NCBI GenBank assembly: GCA_016180645.1
Contig: JACPAV010000015.1
Location: forward strand, 62,001-120,123
Length of the DNA: 58,123 nt
Direction: 5' to 3'
Origin: Nitrospirota bacterium
GTDB taxonomy: Bacteria; JACPQY01
Below, in pieces: positions 1-9,582 of this stretch. The position numbers were made by a program, and so were the translations under genes. The number at the start of each line of letters is the position of its first letter. Position 1 is the stretch's first letter. The notes under the pieces are model-generated. The model saw nothing but the letters and a program-made list of their open reading frames with translations, ran no database searches and had not been told where the DNA came from.

Positions 1-3000
1 TCCCGGTTCAGCCGGATTCAGGACACCACTCCACCCCCCGCGCCGGACCCTGCGAAGCTCACTGTGACAATGAATCCACCTGGCGCCGGTGATGCCCTGA
101 GCGGGGCCGCGGGCGCGGTGGAGGCCTTGGCCGTGGTCCGTGTGTACAAGGATGGTCTCCTGACGACCTCTATCGGTTCCGGGCAGGCCACGGGCAATGG
201 ATCACTGATCGCGATTTCGATCGGTGACAATCAGGCGGATGCGAACAACAAGATTTACCTCATCGCCGTAGACAAGGCGGGCAACATGAGCCCGGTAACA
301 ACCATGACCAACGACATCATGCCTCCGGACACGTCTTTCGTAGGGGCGGGCTTGCCCGCCCTCCTGAGCAACTCCATTTCCGCAACATTCACCTTCACGT
401 CCACCGACACGACGGCGACTTTCCAGTGTTCCGTGGACAGCGCAGCCTATTCCACCTGCCTCAGTCCGCTCGTCCTGAGCGTGTCGAAGGACGGTCTCCA
501 CACCTTCGGCGTTCGCGCTGTAGATCAAGCCGGCAATCCGGACCCGACCCCCGCCTCCCACACCTGGACTCTGGATACGACGCCTCCGAACACGCTCTTC
601 GTAGGGGCGGGCTTGCCCGCCCTCCTGACCAATTCCACGTCCGCCTCGTTCTCCTTCACATCCAATGATACGGCTGCCACTTTCGCGTGCAGTCTGGATG
701 GTGCGACCTTCGCCTCCTGCACCTCGCCCAAGACGTACACCTCAATCCCGGACGGCCCTCATACCTTCCAAGTGAAAGCAACAGACCAGGCCGGCAACGA
801 GTCCGCTGCCGCCTCATACACGTGGACGATCAACACGATCCCACCCGACACGATACCCCCCACGTTTGCGGGCCTGGTCTCCGCCACGGCGGTCTCCACT
901 TCCCAGATTGACCTCACGTGGTCCCCTGGCTCCGACAATCTCAGTCCCGCCTCGGATATCACCTACGAAATCTGCCGGGCGACCGGCGCCGGTGCCTGCA
1001 CATCGACCTTCACCGCCACCTACATCACCTCCGCGGGTGCGACTTCTTACAGCGTCCCGAGTCTCGCGTCCGGCGTCCGCTATTATTTCGTCGCAAGAGC
1101 CAGAGACCAAGCCGGCAACATCGACGCCAACACAACCGAGAAATCTGCCCTCACATGGTCAAGCGGAGTAGTCCAGGCAATCAGTGCCCACCGAAGTTTC
1201 CACACCTGTGGGCTCCTTTCTGACGGAACGGTCAAATGCTGGGGAGTTAATTCTTTGGGTCAATGCGGAAACGGAGCGACAACGCTCCAGCAGACGACCC
1301 CTGTGGCTGTTAGCTCGCTTACGGGCGTTGTGACGCTGGGGGCTGGGGGTGGTGGTTCCGGCAGCGCGAATGGTCACACATGTGCGGTTCTGTCCGATGG
1401 CACGGTCAGGTGCTGGGGGGCGAACAGTGCTGGCCAACTGGGCGATGGGACAACGTCGCCTCGGACCACTCCCGTCGCTGTCAGTGGCCTCGCCGGTGCC
1501 GTCACTGTCGCGGGCGGATGGAAGCACACCTGTGCTGTCATTTCGGACGGTTCGGTCAAGTGCTGGGGGTACAACCTCCAAGGTCAGCTTGGGGACGGGA
1601 CGACAGCTAACGGATTGACTTCTGCGGCTGTCTCGTCGCTCACCGGTGCTGTTGCAGTCGGGGCAGGGAGCAGTCACACGTGCGCGCTGGTATCCGACAG
1701 CACAGTGAAATGCTGGGGATTCAATGGTTATGGTTCCCTGGGGGATGGAACGACAGCCGATAAGCTCACCCCCGTCGCGGTGTCGGCTCTTTCCGGCGTG
1801 ATGGCCTTAGCCATAGGGACTTTCCAGACCTGCGCGCTTCTTTCGGACGGGACGGTCAAATGCTGGGGACGCAATGAGTCTGGTCAGCTTGGGGACGGGA
1901 CAACAGTCAACACACCCACTCCCGTCGCGGTTAGCAATCTTACGGGGGCAACGGCCATAGGCGCAGGAAACATTTACACCTGCTCACTCGTTTCCGATGG
2001 GACGGTCAAATGCTGGGGGTCCAATAGCTTCGGTCAGCTCGGCGATGGAACGAATGTTGACAAGGCAACTCCTGTTGTCGTCAGCGGCCTTACAAGCGCA
2101 ATGGCCGTCACAGTTGGGTACCAGCACACCTGTTCGCTCCTATCGGACGGGACGCCCAAATGCTGGGGATACAACTTTCTCGGCCAACTAGGCGATGGCA
2201 CCACGGCGACCAAGCCGACGCCCGTCGCCGTGACCTCTCTCGCCGGCCCGCTCGGCGTGAAACTCCCGCGCCTCCACGAATCCACCGCCTCCGGCGCCCC
2301 CGCCCGCCCCTTCCGTGAAGGGATCCGTACGGGTGGCAATAGCATTTCAGGCAACACATGCGTACTGGTTTCAGATGGAACAGTGAGGTGCTGGGGATCC
2401 AACGCTGACGGGCAGCTTGGCGACGGAACAACCGTTGACAAGACAAGACCCGTAACGGTGTCTTCTCTGACCAGTGCAGTTGCAGTTGCCACCAGGGGCC
2501 CTTCCGTGTGTGCGCTGGCATCGGATGGCAGCATCAAGTGTTGGGGAAAGAACTCATCCGGCCAACTGGGAGACGGGACATCCGTGAGCAGAACTGTTCC
2601 CGTGGCGGTTTCCGGGCTGACCGCGGCTATCGCGATCAGCGCGGGAGGCTCTCATGCCTGCGCTCTAGCGTCCGACGGAACCGTCAAATGCTGGGGAAGC
2701 AATGCTGGAGGTCAACTCGGCGATGGGACAACGGTGAATTCACTCACGCCGTTGACCGTAACTGCGCTTGTGGATGCCATCGCTGTCAGTGCGGGGCTCA
2801 TCCACACGTGCGCGCTCCTCTCGGATGGTAGCGCCAAGTGCTGGGGGGATAACCCGTACGGTCAGCTTGGCGATGGAACGAATGTTGACAAGGCAACTCC
2901 TGTGCTGGTGTCCACACTAACTTCTTCGATCTCGCTCGCGTCAGGTGGTTCCCACACGTGCGCCTTGGGATCGGATGGGACCGTGAAATGCTGGGGAGCC

Positions 3001-3396
3001 AATGGCAATAATCAGCTTGGAGATGGGTCAACCGGTGCATCGGGAAGAACCCCCGTGACAGTTACTTCGCTGTCAAGCGTGGTTGCGATAACTGCCGGCG
3101 GCTCCATCTCGATAGCTGGCGACCATACATGCGCGGTGATCTCGGACGGAACAGTCAAGTGTTGGGGAGCGAATTGGAAAGGGCAGTTGGGTGACGGCAC
3201 GACGGCCTTTAGATCAACCCCCATAGTAATCTCCGGACTTTCGGGCGTTCTTGCCGTCAGCGCCGGCTTCGACCATACCTGCGGCCTTCTGGGCAACGGC
3301 TCCGTCTTGTGTTGGGGAAACAACAAGTACGGCTCGCTCGGCGACGGGACGACGGTGAATCGGTTGACGCCCGTCCCGGTGACCAACCTGCCGTGA
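1..3396 (+). CDS. Surface protein, 5'-partial: Ig-like (DTTPP-type) domains + FN3 + two 7-bladed RCC1/BLIP-II propellers
   Basis: Frame is open from base 1. 14 repeats of [19 protein letters not shown] split 7+7 by a linker; FN3-like segment (IDLTWS...YYFVARARD). Confidence 0.9.
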   Translation, partial: SRFSRIQDTTPPPAPDPAKLTVTMNPPGAGDALSGAAGAVEALAVVRVYKDGLLTTSIGSGQATGNGSLIAISIGDNQADANNKIYLIAVDKAGNMSPVTTMTNDIMPPDTSFVGAGLPALLSNSISATFTFTSTDTTATFQCSVDSAAYSTCLSPLVLSVSKDGLHTFGVRAVDQAGNPDPTPASHTWTLDTTPPNTLFVGAGLPALLTNSTSASFSFTSNDTAATFACSLDGATFASCTSPKTYTSIPDGPHTFQVKATDQAGNESAAASYTWTINTIPPDTIPPTFAGLVSATAVSTSQIDLTWSPGSDNLSPASDITYEICRATGAGACTSTFTATYITSAGATSYSVPSLASGVRYYFVARARDQAGNIDANTTEKSALTWSSGVVQAISAHRSFHTCGLLSDGTVKCWGVNSLGQCGNGATTLQQTTPVAVSSLTGVVTLGAGGGGSGSANGHTCAVLSDGTVRCWGANSAGQLGDGTTSPRTTPVAVSGLAGAVTVAGGWKHTCAVISDGSVKCWGYNLQGQLGDGTTANGLTSAAVSSLTGAVAVGAGSSHTCALVSDSTVKCWGFNGYGSLGDGTTADKLTPVAVSALSGVMALAIGTFQTCALLSDGTVKCWGRNESGQLGDGTTVNTPTPVAVSNLTGATAIGAGNIYTCSLVSDGTVKCWGSNSFGQLGDGTNVDKATPVVVSGLTSAMAVTVGYQHTCSLLSDGTPKCWGYNFLGQLGDGTTATKPTPVAVTSLAGPLGVKLPRLHESTASGAPARPFREGIRTGGNSISGNTCVLVSDGTVRCWGSNADGQLGDGTTVDKTRPVTVSSLTSAVAVATRGPSVCALASDGSIKCWGKNSSGQLGDGTSVSRTVPVAVSGLTAAIAISAGGSHACALASDGTVKCWGSNAGGQLGDGTTVNSLTPLTVTALVDAIAVSAGLIHTCALLSDGSAKCWGDNPYGQLGDGTNVDKATPVLVSTLTSSISLASGGSHTCALGSDGTVKCWGANGNNQLGDGSTGASGRTPVTVTSLSSVVAITAGGSISIAGDHTCAVISDGTVKCWGANWKGQLGDGTTAFRSTPIVISGLSGVLAVSAGFDHTCGLLGNGSVLCWGNNKYGSLGDGTTVNRLTPVPVTNLP
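340..361 (+). repeat. GTAG-type REP hairpin inside the CDS (second copy 601-622)
   Basis: GTAGGGGCGGGCTTGCCCGCCC twice, encoding VGAGLPA; 7-bp stem. Confidence 0.7.
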
Positions 3397-3483
3397 TGTA
3401 TGTGATCTCGGCACTCGATATTGCGAACCGCCCCGGTATCGAACCTACCGTAAGGGGTGATGGGGTGGGGATGAGACTCTTCG

Positions 3484-3538
3484 GTAGGCGCACCCTTCAC
3501 GGGTGCGTCCTCAAGCGCAGGCTGAAGCCTGCGGCTAC
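3484..3538. repeat. GTAG-type REP doublet (BIME-like)
   Basis: GTAG-hairpin...hairpin-CTAC; right unit nearly identical (reverse complement) to the unit at 39666. Confidence 0.8.
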
Positions 3539-3573
3539 CATGGGGTAGGGGGGTGGGGATGAGAGAAAAGTCG

Positions 3574-3828
3574 TCAGCGAGACGTCAAGCGCCGGATCGT
3601 CTCGATGTACTCGCCCGCAGCTCGAAGGTCCCGCTCAATGATCTTGGCCGAGATAACTTCCATGTATCCCGCCGCAACATGTAAGCGAGAATGAAAGTTC
3701 GCAAATTTCCCCTTTATGTCTTCCTTCCGGATTTCAGGGACACGCTTTTCCAAGTCGATCAGATCCTCCTCCTTGCGGTGCGTCCCCGCCGTAATCTTCT
3801 TGTGGAAGCGGTCCTGCCTCGTAGCCAT
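3574..3828 (-). pseudogene. Small ORF or fragment resembling the C-terminal part of DUF5618 / HEPN-like proteins
   Basis: FHSRLHVAAGY...AGEYIETI motif, recalled similarity only; flanked by REP doublets. Confidence 0.3.
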
Positions 3829-3848
3829 GTCGCACTCAACATCAATTC

Positions 3849-3900
3849 GTAGGGGCGCCCTCCAGGGCGCCCGATCGGGCGGCGTAGACGCCGCCCCTAC
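3849..3900. repeat. GTAG-type REP doublet
   Basis: GTAGGGGCGCCCTCCAGGGCGCCC...GGGCGGCGTAGACGCCGCCCCTAC. Confidence 0.8.
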
Positions 3901-3979
3901 GCGGAGGGAAACGTCCGGTGTAAAACCGGACGCTACCGGAACCTCCTTCACCGATGACGGCGAGGCGTCGCCTTGCGAC

Positions 3980-4150
3980 GCCGAGCAATACGTCGGCTTC
4001 ATCGCCGAGGACGTGCCGAACCTCGTCGCCACGAACGACCGCAAGGGCCTCTCCTCCATGGACCTCGTCGCCGTGCTCACGAAAGTCGTTCAAGAACAAC
4101 AAAGACAGATCGAAGAACTGCGAATGCGCATCGAGAAGGATGAACGCTGA
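3980..4150 (+). pseudogene. Orphan C-terminal fragment of a peptidase S74 / intramolecular chaperone domain
   Basis: GFIAEDVP...LVAVLTKVVQEQQRQIEEL signature with coiled-coil tail; no upstream SD..LK motif or passenger domain. Confidence 0.65.
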
Positions 4151-4379
4151 TCCCGAAGGAACCGCGGATCACCTCCCTTCCGCGGTGCGTAGGTCCCAAA
4201 CCGCAAGAGACGAACTGGGGCGCTTCTCGGAGAGCCCGAACGAGACCGCCTCCGACGCCATCCGATGGGAGACGCTCATGAACAACCTGGGGGCAGGCCT
4301 GACCGCGCGGACTGTACCCGCATGACAACGGCAAGATGGCATCGCTTCGGCGGACCCCTATGCGTGATATGCTACCACC

Positions 4380-5921
4380 GTGTGGCGTCGAGCACTTGCG
4401 GTTGGATTGATTCTCGCGGGGTGTGAGTCGGCCCAAACGGGGCCGCTGCCCGACGGGACCGAGTTGGAGATATCGGGTCAGCTTGTCGCCGGTTCGGCGG
4501 TGGAAGGAGTGCGTACCGGCGTGCGTGGCCTGACGGAAACGGAGCCGATCCCCGGCATCACAAGACCGGATGAAGGAGCAGGGACCTCACCGCGCCGGAC
4601 CGGTAGGGAAAAGCGGCAATCGAGCTTCGAGGCCGGACAGCCGCTGCCGGACTACGGCCTCTTCTGCGTCACTTTCGAAGAGAACCCCCGCTCAGGGAAG
4701 GGGGCGGCGAACAAGCAAGGCCGTTTTGAACTGAAGATACAGGCTGCGGGGATTCCATTCGGATGTTTCGTTGTTGATCCGAGCGGAAAACGCATCGCAG
4801 ACCTCTTCTTCGTCGGGGATAGACAACTCTCCTCCGGGGATCATGAGCTCACGGGCGCGATGGTCTTCGATCGCCATCAGAATCTGGGCCGGGTATGGGT
4901 TGATTTTTCCACCGCGGTTGCCTTGGCAGGCACTCCCCTCGAAACCGGTCCTTCTCCACCGGCCGAAGAAGATGCCTGGGATCCCACCGGCACGTGGGCG
5001 TTTGCTGAATGCCTCGACATCGCCGCAGACAAACCGTGCTCCGGCGCGGATCTCCTGCTCCACGCGGCGCTTTCCGCCACCTACCCCGCACTGTACTATC
5101 ATCGGATTGAGGGACGCGACGACTTGACCGGGAAACGTAGATACCTATTCGACATCTGGCACGACAAAGAGAGCTACGTCGCGTGCGGTCAAACGGAGGG
5201 GATGAGCCGCCAACAGGCCCGCGACCTTCACGGGTTGGAACTTGATCCCGAAGTGAATACGACCCCCTTCGGTTTTCTCGGCGAGCCGCCGGGGCCGAAC
5301 AGTTGGGATGCGAATGACTCCTGCGTGGGACCGACTGACCTGAAAGGAACGATCGGACGTTGCGTCTCCGTGACCGACCCCGGGTTACAGGCACTCTGCT
5401 ACAAAAGCTGCTGGCAGAACTACGACTCGCAAGGATTGGCCACGTGTCATCGGGCTCGGACGTGGAATGACGCGTACATACAGCGGCACCTGGAATCGCT
5501 GGAGAGAGGCGAGAGTCCCGTGTACGACCGAGCCGCCTATCTGACGCTGCTCCCTTTCCCTCAACGTTCCTTGATCTCGTCCCTGGGAAGCAATGCCTTG
5601 CACCCTGAGATGCGGTACCAGAACGGCCATACGTGGTCGATAGCCACATTATCGATCAATCCATCGTACTTCAAGGACACTTCGGGCCGTTACCGTCAGT
5701 GTGACATTGTTTTCAGCTTCCAGATGAATGCTTCGCGCTTATCCCCCGAGGATGCCCTGGCGACGGCCGTCGTGGGGGCCAACGTGTCCAACACTTCACC
5801 CGATTTTCAGTGGTGCCTCCAGTATGCGAGGCAAAGCCTTCCACAAATCGGCCTGAACCTTTCAGATCCCACCGGGACCGGTATTCGCTTCCGCACACGG
5901 CTCCGGCGGGTGAAGGAGTAG
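4380..5921 (+). CDS. Cys-rich hypothetical lipoprotein
   Basis: 513 aa ORF; MWRRALAVGLILAGC lipobox. Confidence 0.7.
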   Translation: MWRRALAVGLILAGCESAQTGPLPDGTELEISGQLVAGSAVEGVRTGVRGLTETEPIPGITRPDEGAGTSPRRTGREKRQSSFEAGQPLPDYGLFCVTFEENPRSGKGAANKQGRFELKIQAAGIPFGCFVVDPSGKRIADLFFVGDRQLSSGDHELTGAMVFDRHQNLGRVWVDFSTAVALAGTPLETGPSPPAEEDAWDPTGTWAFAECLDIAADKPCSGADLLLHAALSATYPALYYHRIEGRDDLTGKRRYLFDIWHDKESYVACGQTEGMSRQQARDLHGLELDPEVNTTPFGFLGEPPGPNSWDANDSCVGPTDLKGTIGRCVSVTDPGLQALCYKSCWQNYDSQGLATCHRARTWNDAYIQRHLESLERGESPVYDRAAYLTLLPFPQRSLISSLGSNALHPEMRYQNGHTWSIATLSINPSYFKDTSGRYRQCDIVFSFQMNASRLSPEDALATAVVGANVSNTSPDFQWCLQYARQSLPQIGLNLSDPTGTGIRFRTRLRRVKE

Positions 5922-6258
5922 TTGTCCTCGACGGATACTGAAATGCGCCCCCCCTCTGCCGGTTCCTCGTGCTCGTGCACGGTGTTGACAACTGCATCGC
6001 AACTGCCGGGGGCCTTGTGCTGATGCAGTGACACACTGTTATGCTCGAATGCCTGGAGGGGTGAAGAGATCGGAACGGATCGTGATTGCGGCACGCCCAA
6101 CGCAGGCGTTCGAATCTTGACGAAATCCTCGAAGTTCACGCCGCACAAGTTGTAACTTCTCTTGGCCGTTTCACAGCCGACCCTTCGGAAAAAGGGGCCA
6201 ACCATCGTAATGCAAGGATTTCGTCCGGACCCTCACGGAGGGTGTGGGTTTCGAACGG

Positions 6259-7209
6259 TCAGTACTTCGTGCCGTACGGTTCGGCTTCGATGGAGAACTT
6301 GACGTCCGGGTTGGCGGCGACGGCGTCGAGAAGGGCATCGACTTCCTTCACGTAAAACACCGGCGCGATGCACATCTCATTGGTGTCCGCAGACGGACCG
6401 AAGCCGATGGTCTCGGGGACGTCATCGTTGGCAAACTGGCATTCGAACTTCAGCTTGGCTCCCTTGGACTTCCTAAGGACCAGCGGATCGGGGAAAACCT
6501 GCAAAGGCGGGGCGGCCCAATCGTTGTTGAAATAGACCTGAGTTTCCTGACCATCTTCCACTTTCCAGATGGTGAACGTCTGGCCGTGGCGATGCATGTG
6601 GGAGGTCATGAGGAGGACGGCGACGTCCTCCTGAGGGTTCCATTCGCCGGTGGTCACCGAAGTGCCCTTGTAGGGAACGGCAATCTGGATTGAACCCGGA
6701 AGTTCGGGGCGCGCGAGGAAGTGCATTTGCTCGGGGGGCACGACTTCGATCTCGACCTCCGTCTCCCCGTAGGTGATCTTGTCGGAGGTGTTGATCCAGT
6801 GGCCGTTCAAGACCAGATGGCTGTTTGCCGGGATGAAAACGCCCACGGTACTTCCGGTGTCGATTCGGACGTTGCGGTAGATCGAGCCGACGAGTGTGTT
6901 CGAGCCGGCGATGAGCGCGAGTGAAGGGCCGCTGAAGAGATCGTGGGGCCCACCGGACGGGGGATTGGACTCGGAGTCTTGCCAATGATTCACGAGAAAG
7001 TGATGGCAGACCTCGCCTTTCTGCCGGACTTCCAGCCGGAGAATGGCGCCGTCTTCGAGATTGCCCATGGGCATGGCTTGGTAGACTTGGCGGTCGGAAT
7101 ACGGTTGAAGTTCGACGGGTCCGAGTTTGAATGTGTAGACTTGACCGCGCGGTCGGTTGGCGTCCGAACACGAGACGAGCAGTAATCCCCAGAAGAGAAA
7201 TCGCCTCAC
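6259..7209 (-). CDS. Copper type II (PHM/DBH-like) monooxygenase-family lipoprotein
   Basis: HH (CHHFLV), GHW, HMHRHG and NEMC copper-ligand motifs; LVSC lipobox. Confidence 0.75.
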   Translation of the reverse strand: MRRFLFWGLLLVSCSDANRPRGQVYTFKLGPVELQPYSDRQVYQAMPMGNLEDGAILRLEVRQKGEVCHHFLVNHWQDSESNPPSGGPHDLFSGPSLALIAGSNTLVGSIYRNVRIDTGSTVGVFIPANSHLVLNGHWINTSDKITYGETEVEIEVVPPEQMHFLARPELPGSIQIAVPYKGTSVTTGEWNPQEDVAVLLMTSHMHRHGQTFTIWKVEDGQETQVYFNNDWAAPPLQVFPDPLVLRKSKGAKLKFECQFANDDVPETIGFGPSADTNEMCIAPVFYVKEVDALLDAVAANPDVKFSIEAEPYGTKY

Positions 7210-7331
7210 TGGTTTCGAGCGTACTCATGGTGACCGCGGTTGTCAACATATACTGGCGGGAGTAGACTGTGCGGGTGAAAGTCTGGCAACTGATCAGATA
7301 TCTGCTGAGCCCTCATGGGAAGGAGGAGACG

Positions 7332-7772
7332 ATGGTGAAGGTGGGAGAGGCGGCGCCGGAGTTTGACGCGCCGGATCACACGGGAAAGACGAGGCGTCTT
7401 TCGGAGTTCAAAGGAAAGAAGGTGGTTCTGTGGTTTTATCCGGCGGCCGACACACCTGGGTGAACGGCCGAGGGTTGCGGGTTCCGCGACAAACTGAACG
7501 ACTACGAGAAGCGAGGCGTCCAAGTTCTAGGGATTTCATTCGACTCGGTTGAGTCCAATGCCAAGTTCGCGCAGAAGTACAATTTCAATTTCCCGCTCCT
7601 GTGCGATACGGAGCGACGGGCCGGCCTGTTGTACGGCGCGTGCGACTCGAAGGAGGCGGGCTATGCGAAGCGGATCACCTACATCATCGACGTGGCGGGA
7701 AAAGTGACCCACGCGTTTCCGAAGGTGGATCCGCGGATCCACGTCGAGGAGATTCTAAAGGCAATAGGCTGA
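7332..7772 (+). CDS. bcp: Selenocysteine-containing peroxiredoxin (BCP/PrxQ type)
   Basis: AGGAGG RBS; FYPAADTPG-TGA(7461)-TAEGCGFRD; frame continues as Prx (LGISFD, FPLLCD, KRITYIID) to TGA at 7770-7772. Confidence 0.9.
7475..7490 (+). promoter_or_regulatory. Candidate bacterial SECIS hairpin
   Basis: GTTGCGG-GTT-CCGCGAC stem-loop about 10 nt 3' of the in-frame UGA; loop starts with G. Confidence 0.6.
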
Positions 7773-7890
7773 GCCGTACGGGAGACCCCAGAGTCCGTAG
7801 AATACCTGCGCTTCTGCCGCCGGATTCCATCATCGCGCCGGGCGCCGCCTGCCGCAAGCGCTTGTTCGGCGGCCCCTTGTACCGATAGGT

Positions 7891-8322
7891 TCATGGCAGC
7901 AGTTCCAGTGCCCGAGTGAACCCTCGTCCGATTCGGATCGCGCCGAAATCGCGCCGATCCGTCGTCAACACCCTGTAGACGTCCCGCCGCTCGGCCACGG
8001 CGGCCACCGTGCCGTCGACCAGCCCTATGTGGAGGTCCCTGAACCTGGCGTCGAACTCCAGCGCGCGAACGATGTCGGATGCCAGCGGAAGTTCGTATTC
8101 GTACCGCGTCCGAGCATCGAAGACGTCCGTGATCAACCTGCGCATGGCGCTTCGGTTTTCTCGCAGGAAGTAATCCACTTCCGCCAAGACGAGCCCCGGC
8201 ACGATGACTACCCTTGCGGAGGTCAACACAGCTTCGTAGTCCGGGAAGCTCGGACCACCCTCGCCGGTGCGGGCCAGCGCACGAAGCAGCCCGCCGGTGT
8301 CGGCGATGACAGGCGCCGTCAA
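7891..8322 (-). CDS. vapC: PIN-domain (VapC-like) toxin
   Basis: IADTGGL, VLAEVDY, GLVDGTV and LTTDRRDF acidic motifs. Confidence 0.9.
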   Translation of the reverse strand: MTAPVIADTGGLLRALARTGEGGPSFPDYEAVLTSARVVIVPGLVLAEVDYFLRENRSAMRRLITDVFDARTRYEYELPLASDIVRALEFDARFRDLHIGLVDGTVAAVAERRDVYRVLTTDRRDFGAIRIGRGFTRALELLP

Positions 8323-8546
8323 TCTTCCAGGCCGCGGAACAGCTCTGACTCATCCCCGAGCTTCGTGTCCGTGGATTCGAACAGACGTGTCGAAGGAGGA
8401 CGGCGCCCCGAGTAGTAGCGCGCAGCGACAACGCGCAGGCCCTTCCGGACCAGGTCAGAGGCGGAGAGCCCCGCGGTTCGCGCGCGCTTCAGAGCGCGTA
8501 GGTCCTCCTCGTCGAGACGAATCGTTGTCGAAATCAACCTTGCCAT
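8319..8546 (-). CDS. CopG/RHH antitoxin
   Basis: TTIRLDEED...SDLVRKGL; 4-nt overlap with the PIN gene. Confidence 0.75.
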   Translation of the reverse strand: MARLISTTIRLDEEDLRALKRARTAGLSASDLVRKGLRVVAARYYSGRRPPSTRLFESTDTKLGDESELFRGLED

Positions 8547-8839
8547 ACATTCACCATACAACAACCACGGCGAGAAGACAAGGGATCGCGGCGGGAGTGG
8601 CCGCCCCGAGATCCTTGTCCGAGTACGCGCAGATCATGGTTCTTGGGTCGATCCGTGCCTCCACGCGAATGAGATCCTGAAGGCGCCGGGCGGGTAGCGG
8701 CCTCCAAAGCCATCTGATCGGGCTCTTTTTCAACGGCGCGCGCCGCTCGACGATATCCACTATTGGGGATACCCTTTCCCCCTGGCGCCGGCGCCAAATC
8801 GCAAGCGACTCTCCGGCCCCAAGAATTCCTGTGGAGGAT

Positions 8840-9171
8840 TTATCCCTTCCGTGGCTCTCGGTCGGCTGATTCGGCGGCTTTGCCCTCTCGATACCGTGCA
8901 TAAAGAAACGATCCGACCAGCCCGGCCAGTGCCACAATAATCGCCGCCATCCCCTGGGCATCCTTGTCGTGTGCAACCAGGTAGAAACCTCCGAGAATCG
9001 TGGCCCCGGCCAGGGCAAAACCCATCCATTGGCCGCGACCCTTTGATTGTATGTAGCGAGAACCTGGGGAGGCGGGATAGGGCCTTGGAAACTGAATTCT
9101 TGGAGCTGAATCTGTTGAATCTGAGTCTGCGAAGCCGCGCTAGCGCTCGTTTTCGGTTGCTCGCCCGGCAT
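8840..9171 (-). pseudogene. DUF2335-like membrane protein with internal deletion and frameshift
   Basis: N-part FQGPIPPPQVLATYNQ joins out of frame to C-part RGQWMGF + 2 TM helices near 9042; the usual central helix is missing. Confidence 0.6.
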
Positions 9172-9206
9172 ATTGCCGCCTTCCGACGGCATGACCTGGA
9201 TTGGAG

Positions 9207-9455
9207 TCAGGCGACCGGAGACGGCTTGCGGGAAACAGGTGACGGGCTGGCTACGTACGCGAGGCCCAATGCTTTGAATGTCGTTCCCAGGTCAGCACCA
9301 ACTGTTTTCCAATCGGTTGAGAGGGCCTCACTCGTGCTCAGTGGCACGTAGCGCGCTATCGAGGTCCCTGGTCCGAGGGTGCCCCAGAAATCGAGGACGC
9401 GTCCAAAGCCGTGAATTGCAGGGTGGGCTGAAAAGAGAGTTCTCACGCAGTTCAT
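9207..9455 (-). CDS. Small hypothetical protein of the type often found upstream of DUF2335
   Basis: GFGRVLDFWGTL...ALSTDWKTVGADL. Confidence 0.5.
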   Translation of the reverse strand: MNCVRTLFSAHPAIHGFGRVLDFWGTLGPGTSIARYVPLSTSEALSTDWKTVGADLGTTFKALGLAYVASPSPVSRKPSPVA

Positions 9456-9582
9456 TGGATGATAGTATCAGAAATGATCGCGCCGGGGAATAGTGGTATG
9501 GCTGCGGATACAGGGTAGGGAGTGACGGACGATGCGGGCCTTACTTCCAGGAGAACGGGTGCGCCTTGGCCTGAATCCAGTC

